From the NCBI RefSeq assembly GCF_036321535.1, contig NC_087436.1:9424001-9488000 (forward strand): a stretch of 64,000 bases of DNA, read 5' to 3'. Positions within the stretch are counted from its first letter, which is position 1; every line of letters begins with the position of its first letter. The stretch is from Camelus dromedarius (taxonomy: Eukaryota). This document shows, in pieces, positions 41,901 through 58,177 of the stretch. The notes beneath the pieces were generated by a model. The model was not told where the DNA came from and searched no databases. It saw nothing but the letters and a program-made list of their open reading frames with translations. The translations under genes and the position numbers were made by a program.

Positions 41901-42426
41901 TGATGGAAAAGATGACATCTGACTCCATACAGGATCTGTTTCTTTTACTTTAACTTTTGTATTGTATTGTATTCCATTGCTTTTGTTACAAGTTAATCAC
42001 TAAAGGGATGTTGTCTATAGCTTAAAGTATGCATACTGACTCATACCTGAGACCCCTGCTTCCCATGCCTGAGCATTAAGCTAAAACACCTTTATTTAGC
42101 TCACAGTCAACTACGCTGACCAGGCCCACCTGTGAATGGCTACTGGAAAGAAGAAATTAACACATCCTCTCTGGAGTCTGGCCAAAATCAGGAAATATTT
42201 GCAACAACTTATTGCCTTTTTTACTTTATCTGCTCATGTCTCCTTCTTTGTTCTATAAAATAAGCTGGCATCCAAACCCAGGTAAGATGGCTCTTTAGGA
42301 CACCAGTCCACCACCTTCTCTTCCAGCTGGCTTTCTGAATAAAATTGCTGTTCCTTCTCCCAACACCTACTCTCTCAATTGACTGGCCTGTGGTTCAGTG
42401 AGCAGGATGACTTGGACTTGGTAGCA
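41901..42426 (+). mobile_element. Solo LTR (ERV1-like) inserted in the L1 5'UTR
   Basis: About 525 bp, TG...CA bounded, with TATAAAA near 42254, AATAAA near 42338 and an ERV1-type end 'ttggacttggtagca'. It interrupts the GC-richer L1 5'UTR. The TSD is not clearly preserved. Confidence 0.75.
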
Positions 42427-45182
42427 AAACCATCTCCCCTACTTTGCCCTTCAAAACAGATCACTGCCTTGCCCTACTCAGTTGGTGGCCCTGGTAGGCA
42501 CCAACACCTTCCAAAGTGTCCCCTGTCCTGCCCTACTTGGTAGATGACCCTGATAAACACCAGTGCCCATCCAAAGTGTCTTCTGCTGTAGGAGGCCAGC
42601 CCCACACATGAGTGTGCACACTCCAGATGTGGTCCAACCTCTCAGTCACCTGAGCTGTGGGCCAGCTCTACCCACCAGTTCACCCACAGCATTCGTAGCC
42701 AGGCTCCCTAGACAGCTGAGCTAGGGACCAGCCCCACCCACCAGGGTGTCCACAGCAGTTGCAGCAAAGCCACACAGACAGACAGGCCTTGGACTGGCCT
42801 CGTCTACCAGCATGCCCACAGCAGTCATGGCCAGGCCTCACATCCAGTTAGCCTGGGCCCAACCCTGCTCACAAACACACATGCAGCAAACATGGCCCAA
42901 CCAAATCAAGAGAATGCAAGTAGCCCACAAAGGGGATACCCATGGAGCAACTGGCTCTGGTGAACAAGGGAACTGTGTCACTGGACCTTACAGGAGACAT
43001 TCTACATAAAGACAGTTTTAAAGATCAGAAAATACAGAAAGAAAAACCAAGAGTTAGGAAAAAGGAAGAGACAAAGAAACACCTTGGAAATGAAAGTGCA
43101 ACACAAAATCCCAGAAGAAGAACTAAAAGAAATGAACATAAGTAATTTAGTAGATACAAAAATCCAAAGAACTAGTCATAAAGCTGCCCACCAAACTTGG
43201 GAGAAGAATGGATAAACACAAAGAGAATTTCAACAAGATAGAAAATATAAAAAAAGAAAAATCAGAACTGAAGAATACAATAACTGAAATGAAAAATAGA
43301 CTAGAGGGACTCAGTGACAGATTAGAGGATGAAGAAGAATAGATCAGTGATCTGGAAGACAGGGTAGTGAAAATCAGCCAATCTGAACAGCAATAAGAAG
43401 AAAGAATTAAAAAAGAGAGAGAGAGAATAGCTTAAGGACCTTCTGGGACAACATCAAGCATACTAACATTTGTGTTATAAGGATCCTAGAAAAAGAAGAG
43501 AGCCAGGGACAACATATTTGAAAAAATAATGGATAAAACTCCTAAACCAGTGAAGGAGACATCCAAACTCAGGAAGCACAGAATCCCAAACAAAAAAAAA
43601 AACCCAAAGAGACCAGTACAAGACACATTATAATTAAAGTGTCTAAAGTTAGAGAGAAACTAAAAGCAGTAAGAGAAAAACAACTAGTTATGTACAAGGA
43701 AATCTCCATTAGAATATTAGCTGATTTTTTAGCAGAAAATTTACATGCCAGAAAAGACTTGCAAGGCATATTCAAAGCACTGAAAGGAAAAAAACTTATA
43801 GTCAAAAATGTACTTTATAGCAAGATTACCATTTAGAACTGAAGGATAGATTCTGAATTTCCCAGACAATCAAAGGCTAAAGGATTTTATCAGTACTAAA
43901 CTGGGTTTACAGGAAATGTTAAAGATACTTCTTTAAATTAAAAAAAAATAAGTCATTAAATAGAAACAAGAAAATTATGAAATAAAATCTCACTGGTAAA
44001 GACAAACATGTGGTAAAGAGAGTTGATCAATTATCTATAAAGCTACTATAAAGAATAAAGACAAAAGTAATAAAATCATCTATATGCAAATTATTGCATA
44101 CACAAAATTAAAATATGTGATATATGACACCAAAAACATAAAGACTGAACATGCAGTAAAAATATATTGCTTTCAGAATATACTTGAACTTAAGTTACCA
44201 TCAATTTAAAGCAAACTGCTAGATACATAGGTTGTTATATATGAACCTCATGGTAACCACATGCTAAAACCTGTGACAAATACACAAAAAATAAAGAGAA
44301 AGAGATACAAACACAACACTAAAGACAGACATTAAATCTCAAGGGAACAGAACAAAAGAAGACGAGAGGAACAGAGAAGGACTACATAAACAACTAAAAA
44401 ACATTTACCAAAATGACACTAAGCACATGCCTACTGATAGTTTATTTTAAGATAAATGGACTAAATGCTCCAATCAAAAGACCTTGGATGGCTGAATGGA
44501 TAAAAATCAGACCTACATATGCTGCCCACAAGAGACATCAGAGCTAAAGACACACACACCCTGAAAGTAAAGAGATAGAAAAATGCATTCCGTTCAAATG
44601 CAAATGAAAAGAAAGCTGGAGAAATATTTGGACAAAATATACTTTAAAATAAAAAAGGTAACAAAAAAAAAAAAAAAGAAGAGTATTACATAATGATAAA
44701 GGGATTCATCCAACAACAGGATGTAACACATAAATGGGTATACACTCGGCGTAGGAGCACCTAAATACACAAAACAAACGTTAGCAGACACGAAAAAAGA
44801 TATTAACAAGGTAATACGATAGTAGCAGGGGACTTTGACGTTTCACTTACATTAATAGGCAGATCTTCCCGACAGAAAATACATAAGGACACACTGGCCT
44901 TAGTTCAGACGACCTTAATAGCTATATAAAGGACATTACACTCTCAAACAGCAAAACACACAAGTTTTCAAGTATACGAGGAATATATTCTCCAGGATAA
45001 ATCACATTCTAGGCCACAAAGCAAGTCTCAATAAATTTAAGATCAAAATCACGTTAAACAACTTTTCCAAAGTCAGTGGTATAAAACAGAAACCCCTCAA
45101 CAGGAAGAAAACTGGAAAAACTACAAACACATGGAGGCTAAAAACATGATACGGTAAAACCAAAGGGTCAACAAATAAATCA

Positions 45183-47072
<1,890 letters not shown>

Positions 47073-47302
47073 GTCAATCAATCAATCAATCAATCAAAGA
47101 GGAAATATGCAAAATGCAAAACATGAATGCAAAAATCCTCAAGAAAATATTAGCACACCAAATTTGACAACACATTAAAAGAACCATGTACCATGATCAA
47201 CTGGGATTTATTCCAGGGATGTAAGGATGACTCAGGACTGCAAATCAATCAATATGATGCACCTCATAAACAAAATGAAGAATTAAAAACTTTTGATCAA
47301 TA

Positions 47303-47502
47303 GGGGGAGGGTATAGCTCAGTGGTAGAGCGCATGCCTAGCATGCAAAAGGTCCTGGGTTCAATCCCTGGTACCTCCATTAAAATAAATAATCTAATTAC
47401 CTCCCATCGAAAAAGAATAAAAAAATAAATTTAAAAAATATGGAATGTAAAAAAAAAAAAGCTCAAAAACAAAAAAAATGACAATTGAAAAAAATTTGAA
47501 AA
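47303..47502 (+). mobile_element. tRNA-derived SINE (camelid vic-1-like) inserted in L1 ORF2
   Basis: ggggagggTATAGCTCAGTGGtagagcgcatgcctagcatgcaaaaggtcctgGGTTCAATCCctgg carries Pol III A and B boxes. It has an A-rich tail and a degenerate TSD aaaaac..tgatcaatag (~47285-47303 and ~47503-47519). Confidence 0.9.
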
Positions 47503-49914
47503 AAAAACATGATCAATAGATATGGGTTATTTGAAAAATTCAATACCCATTTATAATAAAAACTCTCAACAAAGTGGATATAGGGGAAATATACTGCAAC
47601 AACATAAAGGCCATATATGAAAAGTTTACAACTAATGTAAAACTCAGTGGTGAAAACTGATAACATGGATGTCGTCAGCTGTCTTAAGAAGAGATATTTT
47701 ATTGGAGCAATAGGGAAAATAAATTGTCTTTTTGAAGAGGGCTCAAGGAAAAGCAAAAATATACAAAATAAGTACAATGTTCATTAACAACTCAAGAGAG
47801 TTCTGCTACAAAGGGAAGCAGACATGTGAATATATACATATATATTTGTATACACACACGTAGAGAAAAGAAACTGGCCATGGCTAGTAAAATTATGGAA
47901 AAACAGTCACCTTTATAATGGTCAAAGAAATGCAAATAAAGAAAATGCAAAAAGTGAATCAATAAGCAAGAGTTAACTCACAAGTTCAGGCACTATTAAG
48001 ATGTGCATTCAAAACCACTGGATTTTTTTTTTAGAAATCAATTTAGAAATAAATATGAAAAGTGTTAGATACAACTGTAATTAAAGTAAGAGAATACAAA
48101 CATAGCACAAGGAATTACAACAAATTTACTGACAGCTGAGATGGACTCTCAAAAAATAAACAATAATTACTTAAAGATGGTAGAATGAGTAACTCTTTTT
48201 GTTCTATCATTTTAATTTTTCAGATTTTATAAAAGTAACATTGTTGAATGATCAGAAGGTAATTAATAAAATATGTAAAAATTTAATCATTCCACTGATA
48301 ATACAATACTATAAACTGAGATTTGAATCTCTAATGGTAGGGGAATGTTCTGTTATCGTTTGAACAGTCCATGGTCAGTAATACAACACAAGAACTATTT
48401 AAATATAGAGAAATAGTCAAAGTATAAGTCTAAGAAACAAAAAGATACTCTCTATATATCCATGTCAGTTTGTATTCAGGAGAGAGAGACAGAGACAAAG
48501 AGAGCAGGAGAGAGTGGCTTATTGAAGACAGGAGCCTTGGCTGTCTTGTGTATTGTGTAGGTTCAGTGCCTAGGCTTAGATCGGTGTCTGGTACTGAGTA
48601 GACACCCAAATTCTATGAAGACTGTATGCATGCATGCAAAGATTAACATCTTAAAACTCAAGGAAATATGCTAAAATGCTAAATACACTAATGTTGACTT
48701 TGGGCAATGGAATATTAGATAATCAATAATTTTAAAAAATGCTTTCTTTTACATCTTTATATTATGTAATGTTTTTATAATAATTATGCAAAATACAACC
48801 CATTTCTCACTCTGATCTAAAATACCTCAAGGAAAACATCAAATCCATGTCAATCTGATCTTAGGCATGGTAAAAAAAAAAGATGAATTGAAAATAACGT
48901 TTCTATTCTCATCAAAAAAAATACTTATTTTGGAAATCACAGTGAAGTGGCTGCTCTGTTTAAAATTAAACTAAAAATATCTCTAGTTCTGTAGCAACTT
49001 CTTAGACAATGTCATTATGAAAATCACTGCCGATGGTTAATTATTGCCAGAGTTGAAATTAGTATTCCAGCTACCAACTCTTTAAAGAAACCTTAGTACC
49101 ACAGAAAAGAAGCAGCAGATGTTCAGATGGCTGTAATTTTATCCTCAGCAAAGGTTATAATCAGGTTCATAATACAAGCCTCAATGAAGAAGCAGTGTGC
49201 TATAGAAGAAAAGTACATTGGGAGAAAACTCATAAAAATGAGCTCGAAATTAGTCTTCATCGCTTAGTAATTATGAGTTTGATTCATTCTTAACTGTTGT
49301 GAGCCTCAATTCTCTATTTAATAGAGATCATGATAACTGGCTTACTGGCTCATTTCAAGTATATTGTAGAATATTTGTCAGATTTCAAAGAATTTCTCTT
49401 GTGTCTTTTTTGTTGTAAGTTTTGTTGTTGTTGTTGTTGTTTTTGGTGGGGGAGGGGCAGGAATCAGTCTCTTACTTTCCCGCTCTTCCCCATCAAATCA
49501 CATGCCTTCAAAATTACTTTACTTCAGTGAAAAATATATATATATATATATCAGCTATGTTGGAACAAGTAGCCAATGTCACAGACATAACTACTATGAG
49601 AAAATTATTTTCAGATATGTGTTTACAGATTGCTTTATTTAAAATACAATTGTTTTTAAAAGTATACAATAGCACCAAATAAAATGTGACCTTCTTCATA
49701 TTGTTTACTTAGTTTTACTTTATTTGAAGCTGGTATAGCTAAAAATAGTGTAAGATTAGAGACCTTGACATTTCCCATGTGGCCAGAGTAGGAGGCTTCA
49801 GTAGGCTATAGATTTTGCAGCCCCTGAGTCAGTCACCCCTTCAGCCAAAATTCTCTCTGGATGTTAGGCAGAGTGCCCACACTTCTTAAAGAGACTTCTA
49901 AACTTTTTCTTTAC

Positions 49915-50235
49915 TAATAGACTTTTTTTTTTTTTAGAGCATCTTCAGGTTCATAGCAAAATTGAGCAGAAAATACAGAGTTCCACATAGCGCTCCCCAC
50001 CCACAGATATACACTCCGCTACCCTCATCATCCCTCATCAGGGTGGCGTATTTGGTACAATTGATGAGCCAACATGGGCACATTATTATCAACCAAAGTC
50101 TATAGTTCACATTAGAGTTCACTCTTGATGTTGTACGTTCTACAGGTTTTGACAAATGCAAAATAACATGTGGCCGCCACTATAGTGTCATACAGAGTAA
50201 TTTCATTGCCCTAAACATCTCTTGTGCTCCATCTC
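49915..50235 (-). mobile_element. LINE-1 3' end (L1MC-like)
   Basis: 'tttttagagcatcttcaggttcatagcaaaattgagcagaaaatacagag', 'aaagtctatagttcacattagagttcactcttg'. Confidence 0.85.
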
Positions 50236-52218
50236 TGAAATATTTTTATAGGTTATCTTCCTGCCGATCGTCCATTATACCCGCATTCCAGGAGCATCTG
50301 GATGCTCTTGAGCCTCCATGCATGCCTCGTCCTCTCTCCCTCTGGTCCTTCAGAACTACATCTTTGTCATCAGTAAGACCGTTATATCCTCATTTTCTCG
50401 GAAGGATTCCCTCTCTCCTCACTCTCACTGAAGCCAGACTACTCACTGAGGAAAGCAGTTTGCCGTCACCTCAGTTGTCTGTTCTCTTTCTTGCCAGAAA
50501 CATCAGAAAATATGTAAGCATAACCCTTGTTGCTTCCAGTCTGATATTTCTCCACCTTCTTGCAAAAATCTCTGTTCTAATTAAAAAAAGAAAAATCTCA
50601 CCTCTTGTGCAGATCTTCCTAGTGCTTAGTCGAATGTGCCTTCCTTTCATATACAAATCCCTCAAAAACATTTTCCGTACATGTTGTTGCCTCTTCCTGA
50701 TTCCTGACCCCTATTCAATACATTTCAACAGGACCACCACCAGTATAACTCTACTAAGACACTTCTCGATAAAGTTAAAAAGGCTTCTATATCTTCACAT
50801 ACAACTGACATTTTAAATTCTTCTACTTATTTGATTATTCAAAGGCATTCAACACCAGTGGCACACTTAATTTCTTGAATTTTCCCATATCCTTCAGTCT
50901 TTTGATTTTCCTGTTGCATCTTTTATCACTTCTTTCTACTTGATAACGAATTTATCCACATTGATTCGTATATCAAATTTATTCATGATTCAATGTGAAG
51001 ACTTTTTAACCTTCTATACACTCTTCCCTTTGGGATGAATTCTGCCCATGGCCATGATTCTCTAAAGACTCAAATGTTTATTTCTACTTCACAAATAACT
51101 ACTTTAAAGAGGAAAAGTTTATATGATATGTAATATTCAGAGAGTTCATAGATTGTTGTTGTTGTTGTTGAATTAGATATTGCATCTGGGTGGTCAAGAA
51201 AGGAACTCAAGGATGTCTTCTACATTTTTGCCTTTAAAAAGAAGAAGATATTATTAGTGTTACTTAAGAAGATGGGACAGTTTTTGAGGAGTGAAATGAG
51301 ACATGGAAATGCACAGTTACTTTTTTCAATATTATATTGAGAGGGATATAATGCATCTAAATGGAGATATCATGTAGGTGATTGGATATGTAAATCTGAA
51401 GTTCAGAGAAGACTAGCAAAACTACGGTCACTTAGGAGATCAGAGGTGGAAGGCAAGTGGAGGAGGCTGAGGATAGAACCCAAGGTGTCTCCAATATTTG
51501 GAGTTCTTACAGAGCAGCAGACAAGAAAGAGCCTAGTGATTTACGAGTAACAACAAACACACTGGAAGTGATGGAAGTACAGAGAAGACATTGTACTCAA
51601 GGAAGTTGTGGCAAACTGTGTCTAATGCTATTGAAATTCAATAGATTAAGACAGATATGTTACCATTGGCTTTGACATCAGTATGCATCAACACTAACCC
51701 TGATTCAAATCCCTAGTGATTATGAACGATGAATTAGAATGGTTTAAAGAAAATTGTGGAAGTGAGGAAAGAGAGGCAGCTTAGACAAATTTTTCTAGGA
51801 GTTTAAGTCTTACGAGAAGGAGAGAAATTTTGGGGTAGCAGCTGAAAGAAAATGTGAGCTCAATGGAGATTGTTTCAAAGATATTTCTATTACAGCATGT
51901 TTCTATGTTGGTTAGAATGACACAATAGAAATGGAAAATATTTGATAAGATCAAAGTCTTAGAAAAGTTTGATAATGAGTGGGATCTAACTCATATGTGG
52001 ATTGGCCTTGGGGAGAAGGAAGAAATCTTCCACTGTTAGGTCAATCTTGGACAAAGTATTTTGTACAAATGCAGATAGGTTGATGGAGTTGGTGGTAGAA
52101 AGGTGAGATCGTTTCTTAATGATTTTAGTTACTTTTTAGTGAAATGTGAAGAAGACAATGGTTCAAACTGAGGAATGTGGAGATTTGAGGAAACTTGAGG
52201 AAAGAAGTTATGTAGTGA

Positions 52219-53137
52219 TTTACAGTCTAAATGTTTGCGTTCCCCCCTAAAATCTCATATGTTGAAATCCTAAAGTCAATGTGATGGTTTTAAAAAGTGG
52301 AGCCTCTGGGAGGCGATTATGTAATGAAGCAGGACCCTATGGGTCCTTCCTGGGACAGACCCCTCCCCCATATCCTCTGCTATAGCTCCTCTCTGAGGTA
52401 CCTACATAATAGTATCTGATGCACACTTTCTGAACTGTTATATAGATGCTAAACCAAATGGAAGAGGTTAACTGTTTGATGACTGTGCGTAAATAGTCCC
52501 CAGGCTGTGTGCACAAAGCTCCTGCTGTTGGAGATTAGGTAACGGGCAGAATAGTCATTGGAGAGGGAGGAGTTTGGAGTCCTATGTATTCCCTGATTTC
52601 TATCTCAGTTCCACCTTCCAGAGGGAAGGAGTGACTTTTGTCCTTAGTTAGTCTGGATCGGAAGCATCATGGTGTTGGTGCATAATGAGTACTTCTAATC
52701 TGCAAGGCTATATTATTTTAACGAGGGCATAATGAGCAAAAGTTTACATTTGGACACCAGAGATTCTTGCCTTTTCCCACCTTTGTTTGCCTCCAGGACA
52801 CTTGTCACCCCAAAATGTGTGATTTCTTATCAGTCCAGAGGTTCCTGCTTTTCTCTGTCTGCCCAAGGACCCCTGTTGTTCACAAGATGTATGGTTTCCT
52901 GCCATGTGGCCCATGCTCCGTCTCTCTGCTCATATCTAGCTTTCTGCCTGCTCTAACACTCCCACCATGTGAGTTATGACAAGGAGTCTACAACCAGAAA
53001 GAGGGCCATCAGCTGACCATGCCGACATTCTGATCTTGAACTTTCAGACTCCAGAACTGTGAGAAAAACATTTCTGTTGTCTATAAGCTACCCAGTGTGT
53101 GATGTTCTGTAATAGTGGCCCCAAAAAAGCAAAGACA
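52219..53137 (+). mobile_element. MaLR LTR (MLT1/MST-like) split by ERV LTR sequence at 52320-52958
   Basis: 5' half 'aatgtttgcgttccccctaaaatctcatatgttgaaatcctaa..aatgtgatgg'. 3' half 'ctgatcttgaactttcagactccagaactgtgagaaaaacatttctgttg..aagaca'. Confidence 0.8.
52320..52958. mobile_element. ERV LTR-derived insert, possibly two converging LTR fragments
   Basis: Begins TGTAATGAAGCAGGACCC and ends GCCTGCTCTAACA (reads TGTTAGAGCAGGCAG on the minus strand). It interrupts the MaLR LTR. Confidence 0.65.
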
Positions 53138-53570
53138 TGATGTGGAAGAGTCATTTTAGGGAAAAGGAAAAAGAATTTGCAAGCAGGGTAAAGTAAAATA
53201 CTCTTTCTTTGTTGAACATCCACTTTTCATTTTTGTCCGTAAATTTTAAGTGAGTCCAGTGAGTTTTGTGATATATTTCTGTCAAGACTTAGCTTCTTCA
53301 GCTCAATTATAATGTAGATCACTGGGCTGAGCAAGGTTTAGCCAGGTGTGGATGGTAGAGGGCAGAGGAACAATGGAGTTATGGATATTTGCCCTGGAGC
53401 TGTTACAGTGGTGGGCCATGGGATCCTGGTTGGGTGAAGGATATGCAGCCATCGAGGGGTTAATAGATTATGAAATGGATAATAGGTTTAAAAAATGGTA
53501 CATTCACTGAAGTGGGGGCTTCAGTGAGGTCAAGGAATTTTGGAATAGGGATCACAAGTTTAAGTCAAAG

Positions 53571-54124
53571 TGTTACCCCAAAAGGGAAAGGCCTAGGTTC
53601 TTGACTTGCCCGAAACAGAATTCAAATGGGAGACAAAAGCACTGTGTAGTGAAAGATTTTAAGGATTTTGTTAGCTGACTGAAAGCACACCTCCAAGGGG
53701 GGGAGGCAGGCTGATCCAAGAGCGGATGGCAGCTCGGGTATTTCCTGGTGCCCTGTCTCACACCCTCGCTTAGAGGTGGTCTCTTGGTTGATGGACAGCT
53801 CTTGCCCCTGGAGTTCTTAGTCGTGCTTGTCCCCTTTTGCGCATGTCCTTACCCATGATGCACATGGAAAACCCATGGGGGAGGGACGTCTGAACCGCAA
53901 TGTTAATTGTACCACAGTGAGCACGGGGTCATGTCAGGTTAGGTCATTGTCACTTCCGCACAGTTGTGGCTGTTAGGTTCTAACCAGTTTCTTGCTGGCT
54001 CTCATTTAGAGGAAGTAAAGGCCCTTTATGCTGAAGGCAGGCACACCGCCATCTTAACGGACCCTCCTCCTCCTCCTCCTCCACCTTATCTGCCCATTGC
54101 CCCCATTTGTCTAACTGCCTAAAA
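53571..54124 (-). mobile_element. Solo LTR (ERV1-like) with 4-bp TSD
   Basis: Starts TGTTACC and ends ctaactgcctaa[a]a (expected ...taaca). It is flanked by AAAG at 53567-53570 and 54125-54128, and is GC-richer than the flanks. Confidence 0.8.
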
Positions 54125-56214
54125 AAAGAACAGGAAGGGGTGCTAAACTGTGAGAGTTGGGATCAAGGTATAAGGTCATGCCAAGGTCCAGGGTATGAGC
54201 GTGTGTGTACACAGCTGTGGCAGCTTCTCTCCTGCGGCGGTAGTGAGTGGAGCTGAGAGAAGGGCAGTGCTCAGTCACTGCAAGGAGAATGAAATGTTTA
54301 GCAAACAAACCTGAATATGCCCAGACCTTCTGCATGCAACTCGTCCATGTCTGTCATAGTTCTCAGATGAAGAGCACGATTCTAAAAACCCCTGTGTTTC
54401 CCAGTCTTCACCCACCTCGCCAGCCTCATCTTAACCAAGTGCCCCTTCCTGGCTTGGCCCCAGGTCTCTAGCATCCTCTCTGGACCCTGACATGTGCTGT
54501 GCCCCTTGGACCCTCACTCTGTAAGAATCTGCTCCCTTGCCTCCTTCAGAGGTCGGGTCAGTTAGCATTTCCTTGGAAAAGACTTCCCCAACCTTCCCAA
54601 CTCACAATTCCAATCTCCCCACTGCTAGAGTTCAGAATTGCAAATTAAATGATAAAGATCATGTTCCACATTTCAAATGATTTAAAATGTCATGATGTCC
54701 CATTTTAGCGAGTATATGGGAAAATATGAGTTCTTACACATTGTTGATAGAAGTATATATGAGTCCTGATTCGAGTTTGATATCCCATTAAGTGAAAAAG
54801 CATTTAAAACACAGGAACACCATGAAGCCAATTTTGTAATAATATGAACACTAATAAAAGTGTAATTCCAGTATATGTTACAAAAGAAGATAGGTAGAAA
54901 GAAACCACTATTTTAATGGCATGTTTTAATGGTAGCATAATGCAGACTCAGAAAATATACACTTTAAGCATTATGCTATATTAAGGTAATTCAGTTCATT
55001 ATTAGATTGCTTTCAAAATTCACCAAAATGTTTAGAGTAAATATTTCTGTGTGTGAGTATTGGGTAGAGAAACTTCAAATTAGTTTCTGGAAACTCAATT
55101 ATTTGCGTTGAGTAGAATTAGATCACAGACACTCACTAAAAGCCTAGACCTATTTTCTGGAAACTTCCATTGATTGTCACTAATTCAGCCACTTACTCTA
55201 ATGCTATGTTTAGTTGTTCCCTGTCACCATTTAGTTGTTTTCCTCTGGCATATTGTGTGCACTCACCCTCTCAGAGCTGGGCTATTCCAGGAAATTGCCT
55301 GTCAGACTTCTGAGCATCAACTGTTCTGGGAGCAATCCGGGCTTTTCCTACATTAGGTGAAGTCAGCAAAGAGATTTTTGCCATAAAGAAAAAAAAATGA
55401 TATTTTAACTAAAATATCAAACAGGTATTTTTCTAAAATAGAGAAGATAAGGGTCAGAATAGCACTTGAACCATACAAAATCAGAAAACCACAATGAATG
55501 CACATTTCAGGTCTTAATATTCACCCAGAAAAATAATCAATAAAAGTATAATACTTTTTAAATGGGAAAAACTAAAGTGAGGAAAAAAAAAAAAAAGAAA
55601 CAGACCTTACTTTTCTCATTGTCTCTCATTCTAGTTTGGATCCTTTGCACAAGTATTTGTTTTTCTAGGTGTGGGCATGGAGATTGAAGAGGTGGAATCA
55701 TGATGTACGGCAGAAAAATCTTGGGTTTTATCTGTCATCACCTTGGGGGTCAGATACCAAGGGTATGTTGTCCAGTCACTGCCTGCCTCTAATTCCTTGT
55801 TTCCCCTCCATGTAAAGTAGAGACAATGAAAACACCAGCTCTAAGTGCTTCTGGGGTGAGGTGTGTAACGTTCGCTGATGCACTTGCGAGTTCTTTCTCA
55901 ATTGCCATGCAAGTGAACATCAGGTTATCATCGTGTTAATTCTGGGATCGGCTGGGTGAAATTCTCCAAGTCTCCACCAAACCGATGTCACAAGGATTAC
56001 TGAGTAATATTCTCGCTTTGTGGAATTGGAAGCAGAGAGAATACAGGGCACACATTATCAGCTGACATTTCATTGGCATTGTCCCGATGGCAATTCTGGT
56101 TGTAGGGAGCTATTCCCCCACAGTACTGTGAATGAAGGAAAATAATTCTGCACTGGAGACCTTGCCTTTGAGAAGGAAGTCTTCCATCTGGTCAGGGCCA
56201 CACAGAAAAAGAGT

Positions 56215-56391
56215 GAGGTTAAAAAGCAGTTTCTTCTTTATAGCACAGGGAACGATATTCAGTATCTTGTAATAACCTTTAATGAAAAAGAATATGAAAA
56301 CAAATCTATGTATGTATATGCATGACTGGGACATTGTGCTGCACACCAGAGACTGACACATTGTAACTGCCTGTACTTCAATTAAAAAAAA
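56215..56391 (+). mobile_element. Heavily 5'-truncated young LINE-1 3' tip with poly(A) and candidate TSD
   Basis: Reverse complement of the 23682 family sequence, with a poly(A) tail and AAAAAGAGT at 56206-56214 and 56392-56400. Confidence 0.85.
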
Positions 56392-58177
56392 AAAAAGAGT
56401 TTAACAGCTCTTGGGGAGTGATGGAAATGTGAGCTATCTTGATTGTGGTAGTGGATTCACTGGTGTACACATCTATCAAAATTCATCAAATTGTACATTT
56501 GAAATATGTGTAGTTTACTGTACAGAAACCATGTCTCAATAACGATGTTAAAAAATCTGAGTTTGCCAAAGAGAAGACCTGCAAGTTCTGTACTGTTAGT
56601 CTCTTGTGGGAAGTATCACGTTTATAGTTTATATGAAGTACAGTGTTTTCATTCCATATTAGAATAAAAAGAAATATGGTAAACATGGGTGAAAAGTCAG
56701 ATTCCAGACAAAGCTGGAGGAAGTATTAAAAACACACAAATAAAGAGAAATTGTCCCAAAACTCACCCAAACAGAATCTACTAGTCAACATCTTTAACTG
56801 TGAGATTAACTATGAAATAGCCAAGGCTCTCTACCACATGCAATGAGAGAACATTATAGACAGTATCCATCTTTGAGGTTGAAACCTAGCAGGACACTGA
56901 ATAAAGACTTCCAGGTAGTTCAAAGAACAAGATTATTCGGATTGATTGAGAAGCATTTGAATTTATTTCTCTGGGAAGCCTGTCTTTTTTTTGTTGTTGT
57001 TGTTGTTGTTGTTGGAGATAGAATAACAAAAAATACTAAGCAGAACGAAAATAAAGACCCCAGAGAAGGGAAATTATAAGCAATGTGTACCTATTTTATA
57101 AGGAAAGTCCAAATTCAAATCATCTCCCAGATTCTGTAACATTCTTTCATTATCCTGCCCCCCGTAGGGAATAAAATGAAAAGGGAGTTCCATTACAAGT
57201 GAGTTACAAATGAGTGCCACGTAGATGTAGTAAAATGCTTATTATCCCCAAAGGATATAATTGCTTTCCACGTAATGCAGTGATAATAGCAATTGGAAGG
57301 GAAATTTTCAAAAATTCTCTCATTTTATGCTAACATGATGCAGGTAACCATGACAACATTTCCTGACAGCCTTAATTTAAATTGCACATTCAGGGAAAAA
57401 AACAAACAAACAAAAAAAAAACCCAGATTGACTCCAGAAAGGAAATGGATTCATCAACGTCTACATAAATCTAATTTAAAGAAATACTCTATACCATAAT
57501 GGAAAGGTTTCATCCAAATTATGATAAAATACATTTTAGTTTTGTGTTCAACCTTGGCAATGATTTACTTACTCTCAAAGGTATTTATTCATGGTGATTC
57601 CTAAGGAACAATCAAGAACTTTCTATCACTTTTCTACTCCCTAGAATGTACACAATGAAGCTGTGCTCATGTGATGTAAAATTTTAGTATATTAAAAATA
57701 AAAGCAGGGTCCAAAGTCACAATAGTTTTGAAATGAGGATTCTAAGCAATCCAAATAGCTAGTTACTGCTGGCACTGCCATCCAATTCCCTACATCCACG
57801 AAGAAATGTATATAGATGGAGGACATTTTCACAAATTCATGTATATTATATCTGTTAGTGTGTATATATATGTATATATATATAGCCTCCAAATTCATGT
57901 ATTGGGCTGGACTCAAGCATAAGCTCATTTTGACTCTTTAGAGTAAAGAGATTATATTTGAGTCACACGTAAGCAAGTTCCTTCACCTTGTCTTACTTCT
58001 CATCTCCTTTATATTTCTATTTGTCCTTACAAACTAGGGCACCTTTTTAGGCCGAATCTTATCACATTAATCAAATAGGAAGAGCACAAAGAAGGCAGAG
58101 AATATTCCCAAGTACATTTGATTTTAATCATTTCCTTCAGAATTACAACCACTACTGCTGATCTGATCCTATCATTT

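Larger units (their letters stand above)
51180..53530 (+). mobile_element. Ancient LINE-2 fragments hosting the MaLR/LTR stack
   Basis: Purine-rich degenerate sequence with L2-type motifs ('aggaactcaaggatg', 'gtaggtgattggatatg', 'gaggaggctgaggatagaaccc') on both sides of the MaLR. Strand is given as the purine-rich strand. Confidence 0.55.

Noticed and set aside
47303..47378. tRNA-Ala-like gene
   Set aside because: It has a SINE-type 5' G run, an A-rich tail and a TSD, and a second degenerate copy lies at 40125, so it is a SINE.
50322..50816. 164-aa ATG ORF
   Set aside because: No recognisable domain, and it lies in pyrimidine-rich sequence resembling old L2-type repeat. It is consistent with a chance ORF.
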